A DNA stretch of 64,000 nucleotides from an uncultured Chroococcidiopsis sp. (lineage in GTDB: Bacteria > Cyanobacteriota > Cyanobacteriia > Cyanobacteriales > Chroococcidiopsidaceae), in assembly GCA_964248365.1 (NCBI GenBank), contig CAXTYC010000004.1, positions 192,001-256,000 of the forward strand, read 5' to 3'. Both the position numbers and the translations under genes were made by a program. The notes beneath the pieces are model-generated. The model made no database searches. It was given only the letters and a program-made list of their open reading frames with translations, and was not told the DNA's origin. Below are positions 40,680 to 51,584 of the stretch, one piece after another. Every line of letters starts with the position of its first letter. The first letter of the stretch is position 1.

Positions 40680-40887
40680 AAAATAGTGCTTGGGGGTTGA
40701 GGTGGCGCGAGTTTTCTGATATGATTATTTGATAATGGAAATATGTGCAAAATTTTTATAAGCGAACAGACTTCGATTATTAGATAATACACCAAAAGGC
40801 GAAGTTAAGATAGTATTCAGAACTACAAAAAATCAATTTTTTTTGATTTACTCTAGTTCCCAGGCTCAGCCTGGGAACGAGGAGATT

Positions 40888-42366
40888 TTACAAAAGGGGG
40901 GCGAAAGTGCCGTGCAACCCATAAGGGACGTGATGCTTGAGATGTAAGCGAGCGATCGCGCCTTTGTTCAAATCCTTGGCATCCAAAATCACCACATCAG
41001 AGCGATCGTGTGCCGCATCGTAGACTAAAGTCAGAATCCAGCCGTCATCCTCATCAGTCGAGTTGGGGCGATCAACAAAAACAGGCTCACTGACAAATCC
41101 TCGCGGTGCAGCACTCCAAAGTTGCCGGAGTCCAGACTCTAAATCAACTTTGAGAATAGCTTGCAACGGTGCATTACCAGTAGCACCATGCGCCGCACCC
41201 ATATATAGATAACGATAAGGTCTTCCCACTCGTTCCTTGTGGACACTAGGAAATTCACAGCATCGTTCCTCAATTAATTCCCGCGACACTTTTTTATCCT
41301 TGAGGTTGAGATGAAAGCGCCACAGTTGTCCAGGCTTGAGGGCATCAAAATCAACTTGCTTAAAATCGCTTTCTGGTTCCACCTCTGGAAATGACTCGTA
41401 GCAAATTGAATCGACTACTACTTCCTCACCTTGCTCAAAAGCATTGGCATGGTGGAAGACAAAACCAGAATGAGTTGACAAAATCTGTACTGACTCTTTC
41501 GGGTTGCGGGGAATCAAAATTACCCGCGTTGGTTGATGAGGCTGAAACTTGATACATTCTGCTGCACCCCGTAAGCCGAATACGAAAGGCAAGGGATTAA
41601 AGGCAATAGGATTTTGGAAGAATATGCAGTAATTGGGAGTAATGGCGAAATCGTGGATAAAAGCAAAGCCTGGAACACTATGGGCATGTTTGCGTACCAC
41701 CTTACCATCCTGATTTAGTTCAAAAATGGTAATTGTGGTAGATAGACCGACTTTGATCGAAAAATTGACAAGACAAGGATCGCCCCCATCAGCATCGCAG
41801 CTAGGATCAAAGCGGGGATGGGCGGCAAAAGCTTCTCCATCTGCTAGCACCCCATCAAGCGAATCTTTGCCCAGGGTTTCTAGGGTGTGAGGATCAAGAC
41901 GATGAGGATCGGCAGCTTCCCACAATGCCAAAAGTTTACCACCCCAATAGATAACATTGGTGTTGGCAATGTTTTTGAGTCTCAAGTCAAAGGCATTTGC
42001 TAACCAGCCACCAGGCTTTTTCGTGCCGAATACACCGCGATAGAGAATTGTGCCTGCTTTTTGTTCTTCTAAATAAGCAGCAGTGCGGATAAAGCGGTTA
42101 CGGAAATGAGCGCGACCATCACGAAAAGCGATCGCGCTAATCATACCATCACCATCAAACGGATGGTGAATTCGCTGCCCGTTTACATCTAGCAAACCTG
42201 GACCATTGCGAAATAGAGTACCATTCAGTCCTGGGGGAATTGTCCCCTCTACGTCATCAATTGGGTAATCAAACTCGTGTTTAAGAGATTCATATCCTTT
42301 TTGCCAATCTTCGCGTTGGTATGAATTCGTAGGAACAGATGCTGCACGTTCGTGAAGTTGAAACAT
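40888..42366 (-). CDS. Carotenoid oxygenase (apocarotenoid-15,15'-oxygenase-like)
   Basis: RNGPG, HPFDGDG, four Fe-ligand His (AAHP, FIHDF, FHH, GLHG), EFP, SEPVF. Confidence 0.9.
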   Translation of the reverse strand: MFQLHERAASVPTNSYQREDWQKGYESLKHEFDYPIDDVEGTIPPGLNGTLFRNGPGLLDVNGQRIHHPFDGDGMISAIAFRDGRAHFRNRFIRTAAYLEEQKAGTILYRGVFGTKKPGGWLANAFDLRLKNIANTNVIYWGGKLLALWEAADPHRLDPHTLETLGKDSLDGVLADGEAFAAHPRFDPSCDADGGDPCLVNFSIKVGLSTTITIFELNQDGKVVRKHAHSVPGFAFIHDFAITPNYCIFFQNPIAFNPLPFVFGLRGAAECIKFQPHQPTRVILIPRNPKESVQILSTHSGFVFHHANAFEQGEEVVVDSICYESFPEVEPESDFKQVDFDALKPGQLWRFHLNLKDKKVSRELIEERCCEFPSVHKERVGRPYRYLYMGAAHGATGNAPLQAILKVDLESGLRQLWSAAPRGFVSEPVFVDRPNSTDEDDGWILTLVYDAAHDRSDVVILDAKDLNKGAIARLHLKHHVPYGLHGTFAPLL

Positions 42367-42371
42367 AACGA

Positions 42372-42525
42372 GGGGCTAGGGGCTAGGGGCTAGGGGCTAG
42401 GGTAAAAAGGGGAAAAGGGAAAAGGGAAAAGGGAAAAGGGAAACAATTAAATATTCTGACTCCTGACTTCTGACTTCACAACTTCACAACTTCACAACTC
42501 CACAACTCCACAACTCCTGACTTCC
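42372..42525. repeat. Compound STRR array: (GGGGCTA)n, (GGGAAAA)n, (CTGACTY)n, (CACAACTY)n
   Basis: Tandem 7-8-mers read directly; similar arrays at 6590-6765, 49871-50002 and 51460-51585. Confidence 0.85.
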
Positions 42526-42529
42526 GAAT

Positions 42530-43915
42530 TTATATGGTTTGTCCGATTTCTTTGGTAGTATCGGCTTCCAAGGTTGGTACGGGAGGGGTGTCTGTTTTTT
42601 CGCCTGCTGGTAGCCAGCTAAGGAATGGTAGGGGTAATAAAGTAGAAACGTTGGTGATTACGACCAGTAGCCAGAGCAAATCAAAGTTATCCTGGGTAAT
42701 ACCAAACCATCGCATCATGAATGCGCCAAATTGATAGGAAAAAAGCGAAGCTAGATTGTTTACAGACATCAAAAGGGCAAACAAGGTAGCTTCTACCCCT
42801 GGTGGACATAGCCTTGCTGCTAGTACCAAAACGGGCATATAGGCAATTTGTCCCATGACAGTCAGGATAAGACTATCACCTAAGCTAAACCAGCGATCGT
42901 CAATACCTAAACTGCGGTTAGCGTGAGTTACTAGTAGCAGCATACTCATGCCTAAAACCGCTGATAGCACTGTACTCCAACCGAATATGACGCGGAAGGG
43001 TATGGTTTTGAGGTAGCGCTGGAAGATCCAAACACCTACCAGTGAGGCAATACTTGTTACCAAGCGCACTCGTCCTAAAAACTCTGGTTCAAATCTCAAT
43101 TCGTTGGTGGAAAAGAAGAAGAAAGCAGCGTCAGCAGTTGGGGTGGCTTGCCAAATAAAGATAAAAGCAGCGGGTAGCCAAATTGATTTTTGCGAGATGG
43201 CTTGACGTAATTGTTTCAGTTGACTGCTGGCTGTTGACCAATTGCTATGTCTTTGGGCTGATGCAGTTTTGTTAACTGGTGTCTCTGCAATCACCCAAGC
43301 AACTGCTGAGATAATTAAGGGAAAAGTTGCTGTAATTAAAAATACATTGCGGGTGGTTAAATGCTGTAGCAGCCAACCGCTCAAATAAGCGGTAATTAAA
43401 CCCCCAAAAGCCGAAGTTCCCCAGCACAGTGATTGGAGAGATCCAGCTTCAGCCTGAGATTCTGCTCTTGCTCGTTCTACAATTAGCGAGTCAACGATCA
43501 CATCACTGATAGCAACCGAAAGAGAACTCAGGGTAATCGCCGCTACAGCTGCCATCGGTGAATGAACCAGTTTTGCTAGACTTACCCAAGCGATCGTTCC
43601 CAGGATGCCTGATAATACCAGGTAAGGTCGCCGCCGATAGCCAAAAATCGGTAAACCATCGGAGATAAATCCAAATACTGGCTTAATAATCCAGGGTAGA
43701 GCCACAATTCCAAACAGGGAAGACACATCTGCCGGAGTTAGCCCTAATTCATCTTTGAGGAAAAAGCTCACCGCGAGGCGAGACAACCCCAATATTCCCT
43801 GAACAAAGTAAACAGTAAGTATGGCGATTAATTCGGTACTAGGTTCTTGACCGAAGAAAACTTTTTCTTTTACTGAGTCTTTTACCTTGGACAAGCCAGA
43901 GGATGAAATCAGCAT
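42530..43915 (-). CDS. Folate/biopterin (BT1 family) MFS transporter
   Basis: YFVQG, LPWIIKP.FG.ISD..PIFGYRRRPY, ARLCPPGVEATLFALLMS. Confidence 0.9.
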   Translation of the reverse strand: MLISSSGLSKVKDSVKEKVFFGQEPSTELIAILTVYFVQGILGLSRLAVSFFLKDELGLTPADVSSLFGIVALPWIIKPVFGFISDGLPIFGYRRRPYLVLSGILGTIAWVSLAKLVHSPMAAVAAITLSSLSVAISDVIVDSLIVERARAESQAEAGSLQSLCWGTSAFGGLITAYLSGWLLQHLTTRNVFLITATFPLIISAVAWVIAETPVNKTASAQRHSNWSTASSQLKQLRQAISQKSIWLPAAFIFIWQATPTADAAFFFFSTNELRFEPEFLGRVRLVTSIASLVGVWIFQRYLKTIPFRVIFGWSTVLSAVLGMSMLLLVTHANRSLGIDDRWFSLGDSLILTVMGQIAYMPVLVLAARLCPPGVEATLFALLMSVNNLASLFSYQFGAFMMRWFGITQDNFDLLWLLVVITNVSTLLPLPFLSWLPAGEKTDTPPVPTLEADTTKEIGQTI

Positions 43916-44051
43916 TGATAAACATTCTTTAAGAATTATCGACTTTTATATCATACTCATTTAGCTGCTGATGCCTACCTTAAGGGCGATCGCACTTTCA
44001 CAGTTACCAGTTGTCAGTTACCAGTTATCGACACAATACGGTAAGGCGAAT

Positions 44052-44693
44052 TTATATAACGCCTTTGGAACTAGGAATTGTACCAGCCCGACGAGGATCA
44101 ATTTCTACTGCCATGCGAAGACTTCGCGCAAATGCTTTGAATGTCGCCTCAATAATATGGTGTGAGTTGATTCCATCTAGCTGGCGAATATGCAGGGTCA
44201 TCTGACTGTGGTTGACTATTGCGACAAAAAATTCCCGCACTAGCTGGGTATCGTAAGTACCTACTCGCTGGGTGGGAATTTGCAAGCCATAGCTCAAATG
44301 GGGTCTTCCTGAGAAATCGAGCGCAACTTGAATTAAGGCTTCATCTAGAGGAGCGAGGAAATTACCAAAGCGGACAATTCCCTTGCGATCGCCTAGTGCT
44401 TTACTCAATGCTTGTCCCAATGTAATCCCTACATCTTCATTGGTGTGGTGATCGTCAATTTCTATATCGCCTTTCGCCTTGACTTCCAAGTCAATCAGCC
44501 CATGAGAGGCGATTTGATGTAGCATATGGTCTAAAAACGGAACCCCAGTGGCGGCGGTGCATTTACCTGTACCATCCAAATTTAGCCCAACTTGAACATC
44601 TGTTTCGCCTGTAGTTCGGCGGATAGAAGCAGTACGAAGGGCTATCGTCTCGTTGTTGAGTGATGATAAAAGCTGGCGATCGCTTGTCTGCAT
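44052..44693 (-). CDS. hisB: Imidazoleglycerol-phosphate dehydratase
   Basis: [27 protein letters not shown]. Confidence 0.97.
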   Translation of the reverse strand: MQTSDRQLLSSLNNETIALRTASIRRTTGETDVQVGLNLDGTGKCTAATGVPFLDHMLHQIASHGLIDLEVKAKGDIEIDDHHTNEDVGITLGQALSKALGDRKGIVRFGNFLAPLDEALIQVALDFSGRPHLSYGLQIPTQRVGTYDTQLVREFFVAIVNHSQMTLHIRQLDGINSHHIIEATFKAFARSLRMAVEIDPRRAGTIPSSKGVI

Positions 44694-44942
44694 TACACCT
44701 ACTAGATAGGAAAATTTGAGTATATTATCTCATCCTACCTAACTGATACCCAGCCGAACACGGTGGCATTTTTTCCGTTTAATGCTCGACTTTCGGGTAT
44801 TTTTCTGCTATCATTTTTTATAATGGAAATATTTGCCAAAATTTTTATTAAGCACAGATTTCCATTATTTAATTATAGCCTTCAAGCTAGGGAAAGCGCA
44901 ACCAAAAGTTAACATTTTTTGGTCGCGGCAAAGAAAAAGGAG

Positions 44943-45719
44943 TTACATACCCATAATTTCGTAACCAGCATCCACATACAAGATTTGACCAGTGATGCCG
45001 CTTGCTAGATCGCTACACAAGAAAGCAGCAGCGTTGCCCACTTCGATCTGAGTGACTGTACGCCGCAGGGGGGCTAGTTCTTCGACATGATGGATCATGT
45101 CTAAAATGCCACCAACTGCTGAAGAAGCTAGAGTGCGAATTGGACCTGCTGAAATAGCATTCACCCTAATATTTTGCTGCCCAAGTTCTGATGCTAGGTA
45201 ACGTACACTCATTTCTAACCCAGCTTTGGCGACTCCCATGACATTGTAGTTAGGAATTGCCCGTACACCACCTAGATAAGTAAGTGTGACGATACTACCA
45301 CCCTCTGTCATTAAGGGTTTAGCTGCTCCACTCAGTTGAATCAGAGAGTAAGTACTGATTTCTAAAGCCTTGGTAAAACCTGAGCGTGAGGTATTGCTAA
45401 AATCCCCACTTAAATCTTCTCTATCAGCAAAGGCGAGGCAATGGATGAGAATATCTAACGATCCCCACTTATCACGGATGGCATCGAAAGTAGAGGCTAT
45501 TTGAGCATCATTCTGGACATCGCAGGGAACAAACAAGCTGGGGTTGAGCGGTTGTACTAGCTCGGCGACTTTTGTCTCCATCCGCCCTCGCTCGTCCGGT
45601 AAATAGGTAATACCCAAATTGGCTCCGGCTTTGTGCAGTTGTTGGGCAATGCCCCAAGCGATCGAGCGATTATTGGCGATGCCAGTGACAAGGGCATTTT
45701 TTCCGGTTAAATCTAGCAT
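44943..45719 (-). CDS. fabI: Enoyl-ACP reductase FabI
   Basis: GIANNRSIAWGIA, YNVMGVAK, SAGPIRTLAS. Confidence 0.97.
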   Translation of the reverse strand: MLDLTGKNALVTGIANNRSIAWGIAQQLHKAGANLGITYLPDERGRMETKVAELVQPLNPSLFVPCDVQNDAQIASTFDAIRDKWGSLDILIHCLAFADREDLSGDFSNTSRSGFTKALEISTYSLIQLSGAAKPLMTEGGSIVTLTYLGGVRAIPNYNVMGVAKAGLEMSVRYLASELGQQNIRVNAISAGPIRTLASSAVGGILDMIHHVEELAPLRRTVTQIEVGNAAAFLCSDLASGITGQILYVDAGYEIMGM

Positions 45720-46395
45720 AAGAGTCTATCAATTTTGGATGAGCGGATTTTAGATAATTGAATTGTCCCTAACGTGTGCTGCGCGATCGCACCTTAGCTA
45801 ACGGCTTGAGGACTTTGGATCGCTGGATGAATCCATAATCTAAAATTGGGCAGTCAATTAGCAAACCCATTAGGAGCATACTTGAAAAGGTGGTAGATTT
45901 TTCAGTTACTGCTTTGTGCAAAAAGTGATATAAAGATATATATTTTTACTATTCTCGCTTAAGATATATTGACAAGATGTTTTGAGTAAAACAAGTAACA
46001 ATTTGAGAGTAGAGCGCGAGAGGCGAGAGGTACGAGGCGCTCGTGCGAGAGGTTAACCCCATATATAAATCTAGGAAATTGAATAATGATGCTACGCAAT
46101 TCTATTCCTCCACCAATAAATTCGCTTTCTTCAAACCTTAGGGGCAACAGACAAAAGATATAGAATCGAATTGCCTCTTGCCCCTTGCCCCTTGCCTGCT
46201 TGGCGAGGAAAGTGTTTTCTTGAGATCGGATTCCCGATAAGTCAAACATTTTGTAGCAAGTACGTGGGAAAACTTTATAAGTCTGATTAACTGTAATAAA
46301 TCCCCAAATCACGACTCTTCTGGATTTTTGGTTTGTAGGATTGTTTATTAATTTATCTGGTGTAAATTTTACAGACATCGGTAAGGGCAAAGGAT

Positions 46396-47067
46396 ATGGT
46401 CGTGACGCAAGATAGACCGCTAGCTCAAGTGTTCCGTCAGGTGGGATCTAGCTCATTTCCGCCAGTGGTGGAAGTTTTTGAACGAGGCAAAACAATTTTT
46501 TTCCCTGGAGACCCAGCGGAACGGGTCTATTTTTTGCTGAAAGGGGCGGTGAAACTTTCCAGGGTTTACGAGGCAGGAGAAGAAATTACGGTAGCGCTGC
46601 TACGAGAAAATAGTGTTTTCGGAGTGCTGTCGCTGTTAACGGGGAACCGTTCGGATCGCTTTTATCATGCGGTAGCTTTTACGCCAGTGGAGTTGTTATC
46701 AGCGCCAATTGAGCAAGTAGAGCAAGCACTCAAGGACAATCCAGAGTTGTCGATGTTAATGTTGCGGGGGCTTTCATCGCGGATTTTACAGACAGAGATG
46801 ATGATTGAAACGTTGGCTCACCGAGATATGGGTTCGCGCTTGGTGAGTTTTCTGCTGATTTTGTGCCGCGATTTTGGTGTTCCAAGTAGCGATGGAATTA
46901 CGATCGATCTGAAACTTTCTCACCAGGCGATCGCCGAAGCAATTGGCTCTACCCGTGTTACTGTCACCCGCTTGTTAGGCGACTTACGAGACGGTAATAT
47001 GATTTCAATTCACAAAAAGAAAATTACTGTTCACAATCCAGTAGCCCTAAGCCAGCAGTTTACTTAG
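46396..47067 (+). CDS. ntcA: Global nitrogen regulator NtcA
   Basis: [61 protein letters not shown]. Confidence 0.98.
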   Translation: MVVTQDRPLAQVFRQVGSSSFPPVVEVFERGKTIFFPGDPAERVYFLLKGAVKLSRVYEAGEEITVALLRENSVFGVLSLLTGNRSDRFYHAVAFTPVELLSAPIEQVEQALKDNPELSMLMLRGLSSRILQTEMMIETLAHRDMGSRLVSFLLILCRDFGVPSSDGITIDLKLSHQAIAEAIGSTRVTVTRLLGDLRDGNMISIHKKKITVHNPVALSQQFT

Positions 47068-47068
47068 G

Positions 47069-47159
47069 GGCTAGTGGAACCAGTGGCTGGTGGCTAGAAA
47101 AGTGACAAGTTACCAGGTGGCTAGTGGAACCAGTGGCTGGTGGCTAGAAAAGTAACAAG
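47069..47159. repeat. Two-copy 41-bp direct repeat (period 50) after ntcA
   Basis: GGCTAGTGGAACCAGTGGCTGGTGGCTAGAAAAGTRACAAG at 47069 and 47119. Confidence 0.85.
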
Positions 47160-47319
47160 GATGAAGGATGAAGGCGCGAACTGTGAAATGTAAAAAGGTT
47201 CAGTTTCAGCTTTTAACCTCTCGGTTTTACCCCATTGTCTGTCTAGTCACTAGCCACTAGCTACTAGCCACTAGATTATTAAGGTAGGCTGGATCTGGAT
47301 CGGTAGATAACAGTTAGAA

Positions 47320-48918
47320 ATGTCCACCGGATTTCTCTGGATTGCAGTAATTTTAATTTTAGGGGGGGTGATCGCAACGGTGGGCGATCGCTTGGGAACG
47401 CGAGTTGGAAAAGCGCGTCTGTCGCTGTTTAAGATGCGCCCCCGCCGGACAGCTACCTTCGTTACGATCATAACTGGTAGTATCATTTCCGCCTCGACCT
47501 GGGGGATTTTATTGACTGTAGACCAAAGATTGCGAACTGGAGTTTTTGAAATTGGCAGGATTCAAAAAGAACTGGGTCGCAAACGTGTGCAGCTCGACAT
47601 TACTCGTCAGCAATTAGAAGCCACTAATAAACAAAAAACTATTGTAGAGCAAGAACTAGTCCAAGCCAGAACCGAACAAAAGCAACAACAAATAGAGGCA
47701 CAAAAACAGCAAGCAGCAGCTCAAAAACGCTTGGCACAAATTAATCAGTCTTTGCGCAGTGCACTTAGCAAACAAATCAAAACTCAGGCACAACTTAATC
47801 GTACCAAAGGTCAACTGGGTCAAATCACATCTCAGTTTCAGAAAGCCTCTTCCCAACTGGGTACTGTTTCCCAACAAGCGCGTAAGCTACGAGTTGAAAT
47901 TAAACAAAGTCAGACGGAACTACAAAAACTGATCGCCCAACGTAACGAACTTAAAGCAACAATTGCTCAGCGCGATCGCGCGATCGCCCTTCTCGATCAA
48001 GAAATTGGGCAGCGCGATCGCGCTATTGCTTCACGTAACCTGGTAATTGCTAGACGGGAAGCTCGCCTCAAGCAACTGGAAAAACAACAGCAATACCTGG
48101 AGCGAGAAGCGTTAATTTTAGGAAGCTACTTACAACAGTTGCGTCAAGGCAACTTTGCCTTGTTTCGGGGTCAAGTACTTGCGGATAGAGTAGTTCGCAT
48201 TATCAAACGCTCTGCTGCACGGGAAGCTGTTGATGAAATTCTGCGGGAAGCCAACCGAACTGCCATCGAGTTGACTCAGCCAGGAGTCGAGCAAGTAACT
48301 GAGCAGGTAGTTCAACCCTCAGAGTTACAAGTTAAACGACTGATTTCACAAATTGATGACGGTCGTGACTACTATGTGCAAATTCTCTCAGCTAATAACT
48401 ATCTTGTTGGGGAAAAGTCAGTACAAATTTTGACTGTGGTAAATCTTAATCAACGAGTTTTTCCAGCAGGCTATGTCTTGGCTAGAATTACTGCCAATCC
48501 AAAGACTATGACAGCAGAGGAGCTACGGCGACGAGTAGAACTACTGCTGGGGGCTTCTAAATTCAGCGCACAGCAGGCGGGGATCATGGGAGATACGATC
48601 CAGGTTGCAGACAATCGCATTCAAACTTTGATTCGTTTTTTAGAGCAACTGGGGCAGTACAATCAAGCAGTGGAACTCAAAGCGATCGCAACTGAGGACA
48701 CATACACCGCTGGACCTTTAAAAGTCGAACTGCTGGCGGTTGAAGGTGGACGAGTTCTTTTTAGTACCCAAATTGAGCACAGGATAAGAGCGCCACTTGC
48801 ACCCACACCTAAACCTCAACTCCCATCATCTATTAGATCAACACCAAGGAGAGGGGGAGAGGGAGAGAGGGAGATAGGGCCACAGGGGCAGAGGGGCAAA
48901 GGGGCAGAGGGGAGATAA
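47320..48918 (+). CDS. DUF3084 domain coiled-coil membrane protein
   Basis: GGVIATVGDRLG..VGK.RLSLF.MRPR.TA N-terminus and long coiled coil; conserved position next to ntcA. Confidence 0.85.
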   Translation: MSTGFLWIAVILILGGVIATVGDRLGTRVGKARLSLFKMRPRRTATFVTIITGSIISASTWGILLTVDQRLRTGVFEIGRIQKELGRKRVQLDITRQQLEATNKQKTIVEQELVQARTEQKQQQIEAQKQQAAAQKRLAQINQSLRSALSKQIKTQAQLNRTKGQLGQITSQFQKASSQLGTVSQQARKLRVEIKQSQTELQKLIAQRNELKATIAQRDRAIALLDQEIGQRDRAIASRNLVIARREARLKQLEKQQQYLEREALILGSYLQQLRQGNFALFRGQVLADRVVRIIKRSAAREAVDEILREANRTAIELTQPGVEQVTEQVVQPSELQVKRLISQIDDGRDYYVQILSANNYLVGEKSVQILTVVNLNQRVFPAGYVLARITANPKTMTAEELRRRVELLLGASKFSAQQAGIMGDTIQVADNRIQTLIRFLEQLGQYNQAVELKAIATEDTYTAGPLKVELLAVEGGRVLFSTQIEHRIRAPLAPTPKPQLPSSIRSTPRRGGEGEREIGPQGQRGKGAEGR

Positions 48919-48994
48919 ATATAATTACGAATTATCTCTTCCCTTTTCCCTTTCACCAATTACCAATTCCATTATCTAAAATCTAAAATCCAAA

Positions 48995-49399
48995 ATGGTA
49001 GAGACTATGATCCTGGGTTTTGATCCAGGGCGGGATAAGTGTGGGATAGCCGTAGTGGGGCGATCGCGAAAGCTGTATTATCATCAAGTTGTGGCAGGGC
49101 GGGAGGCGATCGCCACTATTGCACACCTTAGACAGCAGTTTCCGATTTCCTTGATAGTAATGGGCGATCAAACAGGGGCTAAACGCTGGCAACAAAAATT
49201 TATACAGGAATTACCACCAATATCTATCGTCATGGTAGATGAACGCTACACCAGCTTAGAAGCACGGGATCGCTATTGGCAGATGTACCCCCCTACAGGT
49301 TTGTCCCGACTAATACCACAAGGAATGCGACAACCACCGCGACCAGTAGATGATATTGTTGCTATTTTGCTAATCGAAAAATACTTAAGTAACTCGTAA
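48995..49399 (+). CDS. yqgF: YqgF/RuvX-family RNase H-like nuclease
   Basis: LGFDPG..KCG, VDER.TS.EA, VDD..A. Confidence 0.8.
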   Translation: MVETMILGFDPGRDKCGIAVVGRSRKLYYHQVVAGREAIATIAHLRQQFPISLIVMGDQTGAKRWQQKFIQELPPISIVMVDERYTSLEARDRYWQMYPPTGLSRLIPQGMRQPPRPVDDIVAILLIEKYLSNS

Positions 49400-49502
49400 T
49401 TCGTGAGGAGTTGTGAAGTTGTGAAGTTGTGAAGTTGTGAATTCACAAATTAATGATTCTCCCCCTCACCCACTTTCCCTAGCCCCTAGCCCCTAGCCCC
49501 TC

Positions 49503-49766
49503 CTAAAGTTCTGCCCGAATAGTAAAAGCGTAGTCTCCTCCTGGTTCTAGTTGATAATCTCGTTGTTCCAAAAAACGTCCAAGGGGTTCTTGAATTAAAG
49601 CCCGACCTTGAGACGGTTTAACAGATAGCTGACCTAGGCGAAAATGCCACTGAAAGTACCATTCAAACTCGCCAGCTCTGACTTCTCCCTCAAGAAAGCC
49701 ATGTTGCCAGGATTGTCGCGTGATCCTGACATAGGCAATGGTTTCTGGCAAACGCTTACCACTCAC
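49503..49766 (-). CDS. DUF3146 family protein
   Basis: LPETIAYVRITRQSW..G.LEGEV.AG.F.W.F.W.F..G.L.V.PS.GRALI.EPL.RFL; probable GTG start at 49766. Confidence 0.75.
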   Translation of the reverse strand: MSGKRLPETIAYVRITRQSWQHGFLEGEVRAGEFEWYFQWHFRLGQLSVKPSQGRALIQEPLGRFLEQRDYQLEPGGDYAFTIRAEL

Positions 49767-50018
49767 AATTATCGCTACCGCTGTTGAATGCTTTAGGGCG
49801 TGTTCTATTCCCCACGATACCAAACCCAACAACAGCCAGAGTTATTTTGATTAGGATCAACAAAGGAAAATCAGTTACCAGTTACCAGTTATCAGTTACC
49901 AGTTATCAGTTATCAGTTACCAGTTATCAGTTATCAGTTACCAGTTACCAACTACCAACTACCAACTACCAATCTTTAAATCTAAAATCTAAAATCTAAA
50001 ATCCCCGAATCCCTAGTT

Positions 50019-51509
50019 ATGTCTTCTACACTACCCGAACCAAATCCCCATCCGCCCCAGACAAATTTCGACTCTGAACTAGAAAGTGCGATTTGGAGTT
50101 TTGAAGATATTCAGGCGGAACTGAATTATAAACTTGCCCGTGATACTCTACGAGAATTAGTAACCAATCTTGACCTCACGCCCCAGGAAAAAGATGGGCT
50201 GGAGGCAGAAATTACCCAGTTAGAAACGATGCTGGAGAATTTAGAGGGGCGAGTAGTGCAAATCGCCGTATTTGGCATGGTGGGGCGGGGTAAGTCTTCT
50301 TTACTCAATGCCTTGCTGGGACGTACAGTGTTTGAAACAGGTCCGCTTCACGGTGTTACCCGCAATAGTGAACGGGCAAGCTGGGGTATTAGTGAGGAGA
50401 TGGTTGGAGAATGCGATCGCTATCTCAAAGTCACTCTGCCTGGAGTTTCCCAGTCGCAGGTAGAACTAATTGATACTCCTGGTTTGGATGAAGTAAATGG
50501 TGAAACAAGAGCCATTTTAGCCCAGCGAGTTGCCGCAGGGGCAGATCTAATTTTATTTGTAGTCGCAGGTGACATCACCTCTGTGGAACACGCAACACTT
50601 TCCCAACTGCGAGAAGCAGGCAAACCAATCTTGCTTGTGTTCAATAAAATCGACCAGTATCCCCAAGCAGATCGGATGGCGATATATCACAAAATCCGAG
50701 ATGAGCGAGTAAAAGAGTTACTCTCACCCGATGAAATTGTCATGGCAGCTGCTTCACCTCTGTCGAAAAAAGCAATTGTGCGTCCCGATGGTAGTAGGGG
50801 TGTTCAGGTTAGTTCTAGTAAACCCCAAGTCGAAGAGCTAAAGTTAAAAATCTTAGAAATTTTGCATCGGGAAGGAAAAGCTTTAGTCGCCCTAAACACG
50901 ATGCTCTATGCCGACAATGTAAATGAACAATTGTTAGCACGCAAACTAGAGATTCGAGAAAATAGCGCTAACTCGATCATTTGGCGCGCAGTGATGACAA
51001 AGGCAGTAGCGATCGCACTCAACCCACTCACCCTTGTCGATCTTCTGTGCGCCACTGTAATTGATCTCACCCTTATCTTGACTTTATCTAAATTATATGG
51101 TATAGACATGACTCAAACAGACGCGCTCAAACTGCTACAAAAAATCGCCTTGAGTATGGGTGGCATTAGTGCCAGCGAACTGTTGGCGAATTTGGGCTTG
51201 AGTGGGCTGAAAAGTTTACTTGGTCTATCTGCAACTGCAACGGGTGGCGTTGCCCTTGCTCCCTATTTATCTGTAGCCATTACTCAAGCGGGGGTAGCTG
51301 GTGTTTCTTCCTATGGCATTGGACAAGTCACCAAAGCTTATTTAGCAAGGGGAGCAACTTGGGGACCAGATGGACCTAAAGCCGTCGTCAGCCGCATTAT
51401 AGAATCCCTAGATGAAACCTCCATTCTCAACCGCATCAAAGATGAATTAGTTGCAAAATTAGGGGTGAGGGGTGAGGGGAAAGGGAAAAGGGAAAAGGTT
51501 GAAGGTTGA
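50019..51509 (+). CDS. GTP-binding protein with DUF697 domain
   Basis: GMVGRGKS, DTPG, NKID; hydrophobic C-terminal DUF697-like region. Confidence 0.85.
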   Translation: MSSTLPEPNPHPPQTNFDSELESAIWSFEDIQAELNYKLARDTLRELVTNLDLTPQEKDGLEAEITQLETMLENLEGRVVQIAVFGMVGRGKSSLLNALLGRTVFETGPLHGVTRNSERASWGISEEMVGECDRYLKVTLPGVSQSQVELIDTPGLDEVNGETRAILAQRVAAGADLILFVVAGDITSVEHATLSQLREAGKPILLVFNKIDQYPQADRMAIYHKIRDERVKELLSPDEIVMAAASPLSKKAIVRPDGSRGVQVSSSKPQVEELKLKILEILHREGKALVALNTMLYADNVNEQLLARKLEIRENSANSIIWRAVMTKAVAIALNPLTLVDLLCATVIDLTLILTLSKLYGIDMTQTDALKLLQKIALSMGGISASELLANLGLSGLKSLLGLSATATGGVALAPYLSVAITQAGVAGVSSYGIGQVTKAYLARGATWGPDGPKAVVSRIIESLDETSILNRIKDELVAKLGVRGEGKGKREKVEG

Positions 51510-51584
51510 AGGATAAAGGTTGAAGGTTGAGATTTCATACTTCTAACTTCATACTTCTAACTTCTCTCACCCCTCACCCCTCTT

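Noticed and set aside
46250..46300. NtcA box in the ntcA promoter (GTACGTGGGAAAAC)
   Set aside because: Imperfect GTA-N8-AAC with no TAN3T at the expected spacing; plausible biologically but not supportable from the sequence alone.
45959..46390. 143-aa minus-strand ORF between fabI and ntcA
   Set aside because: Runs through promoter DNA and short repeats, with no motifs or RBS; likely spurious.
47069..47159. Two 41-bp repeats as a mini-CRISPR
   Set aside because: The spacer is only 9 bp and the unit is built from local STRR-like motifs.
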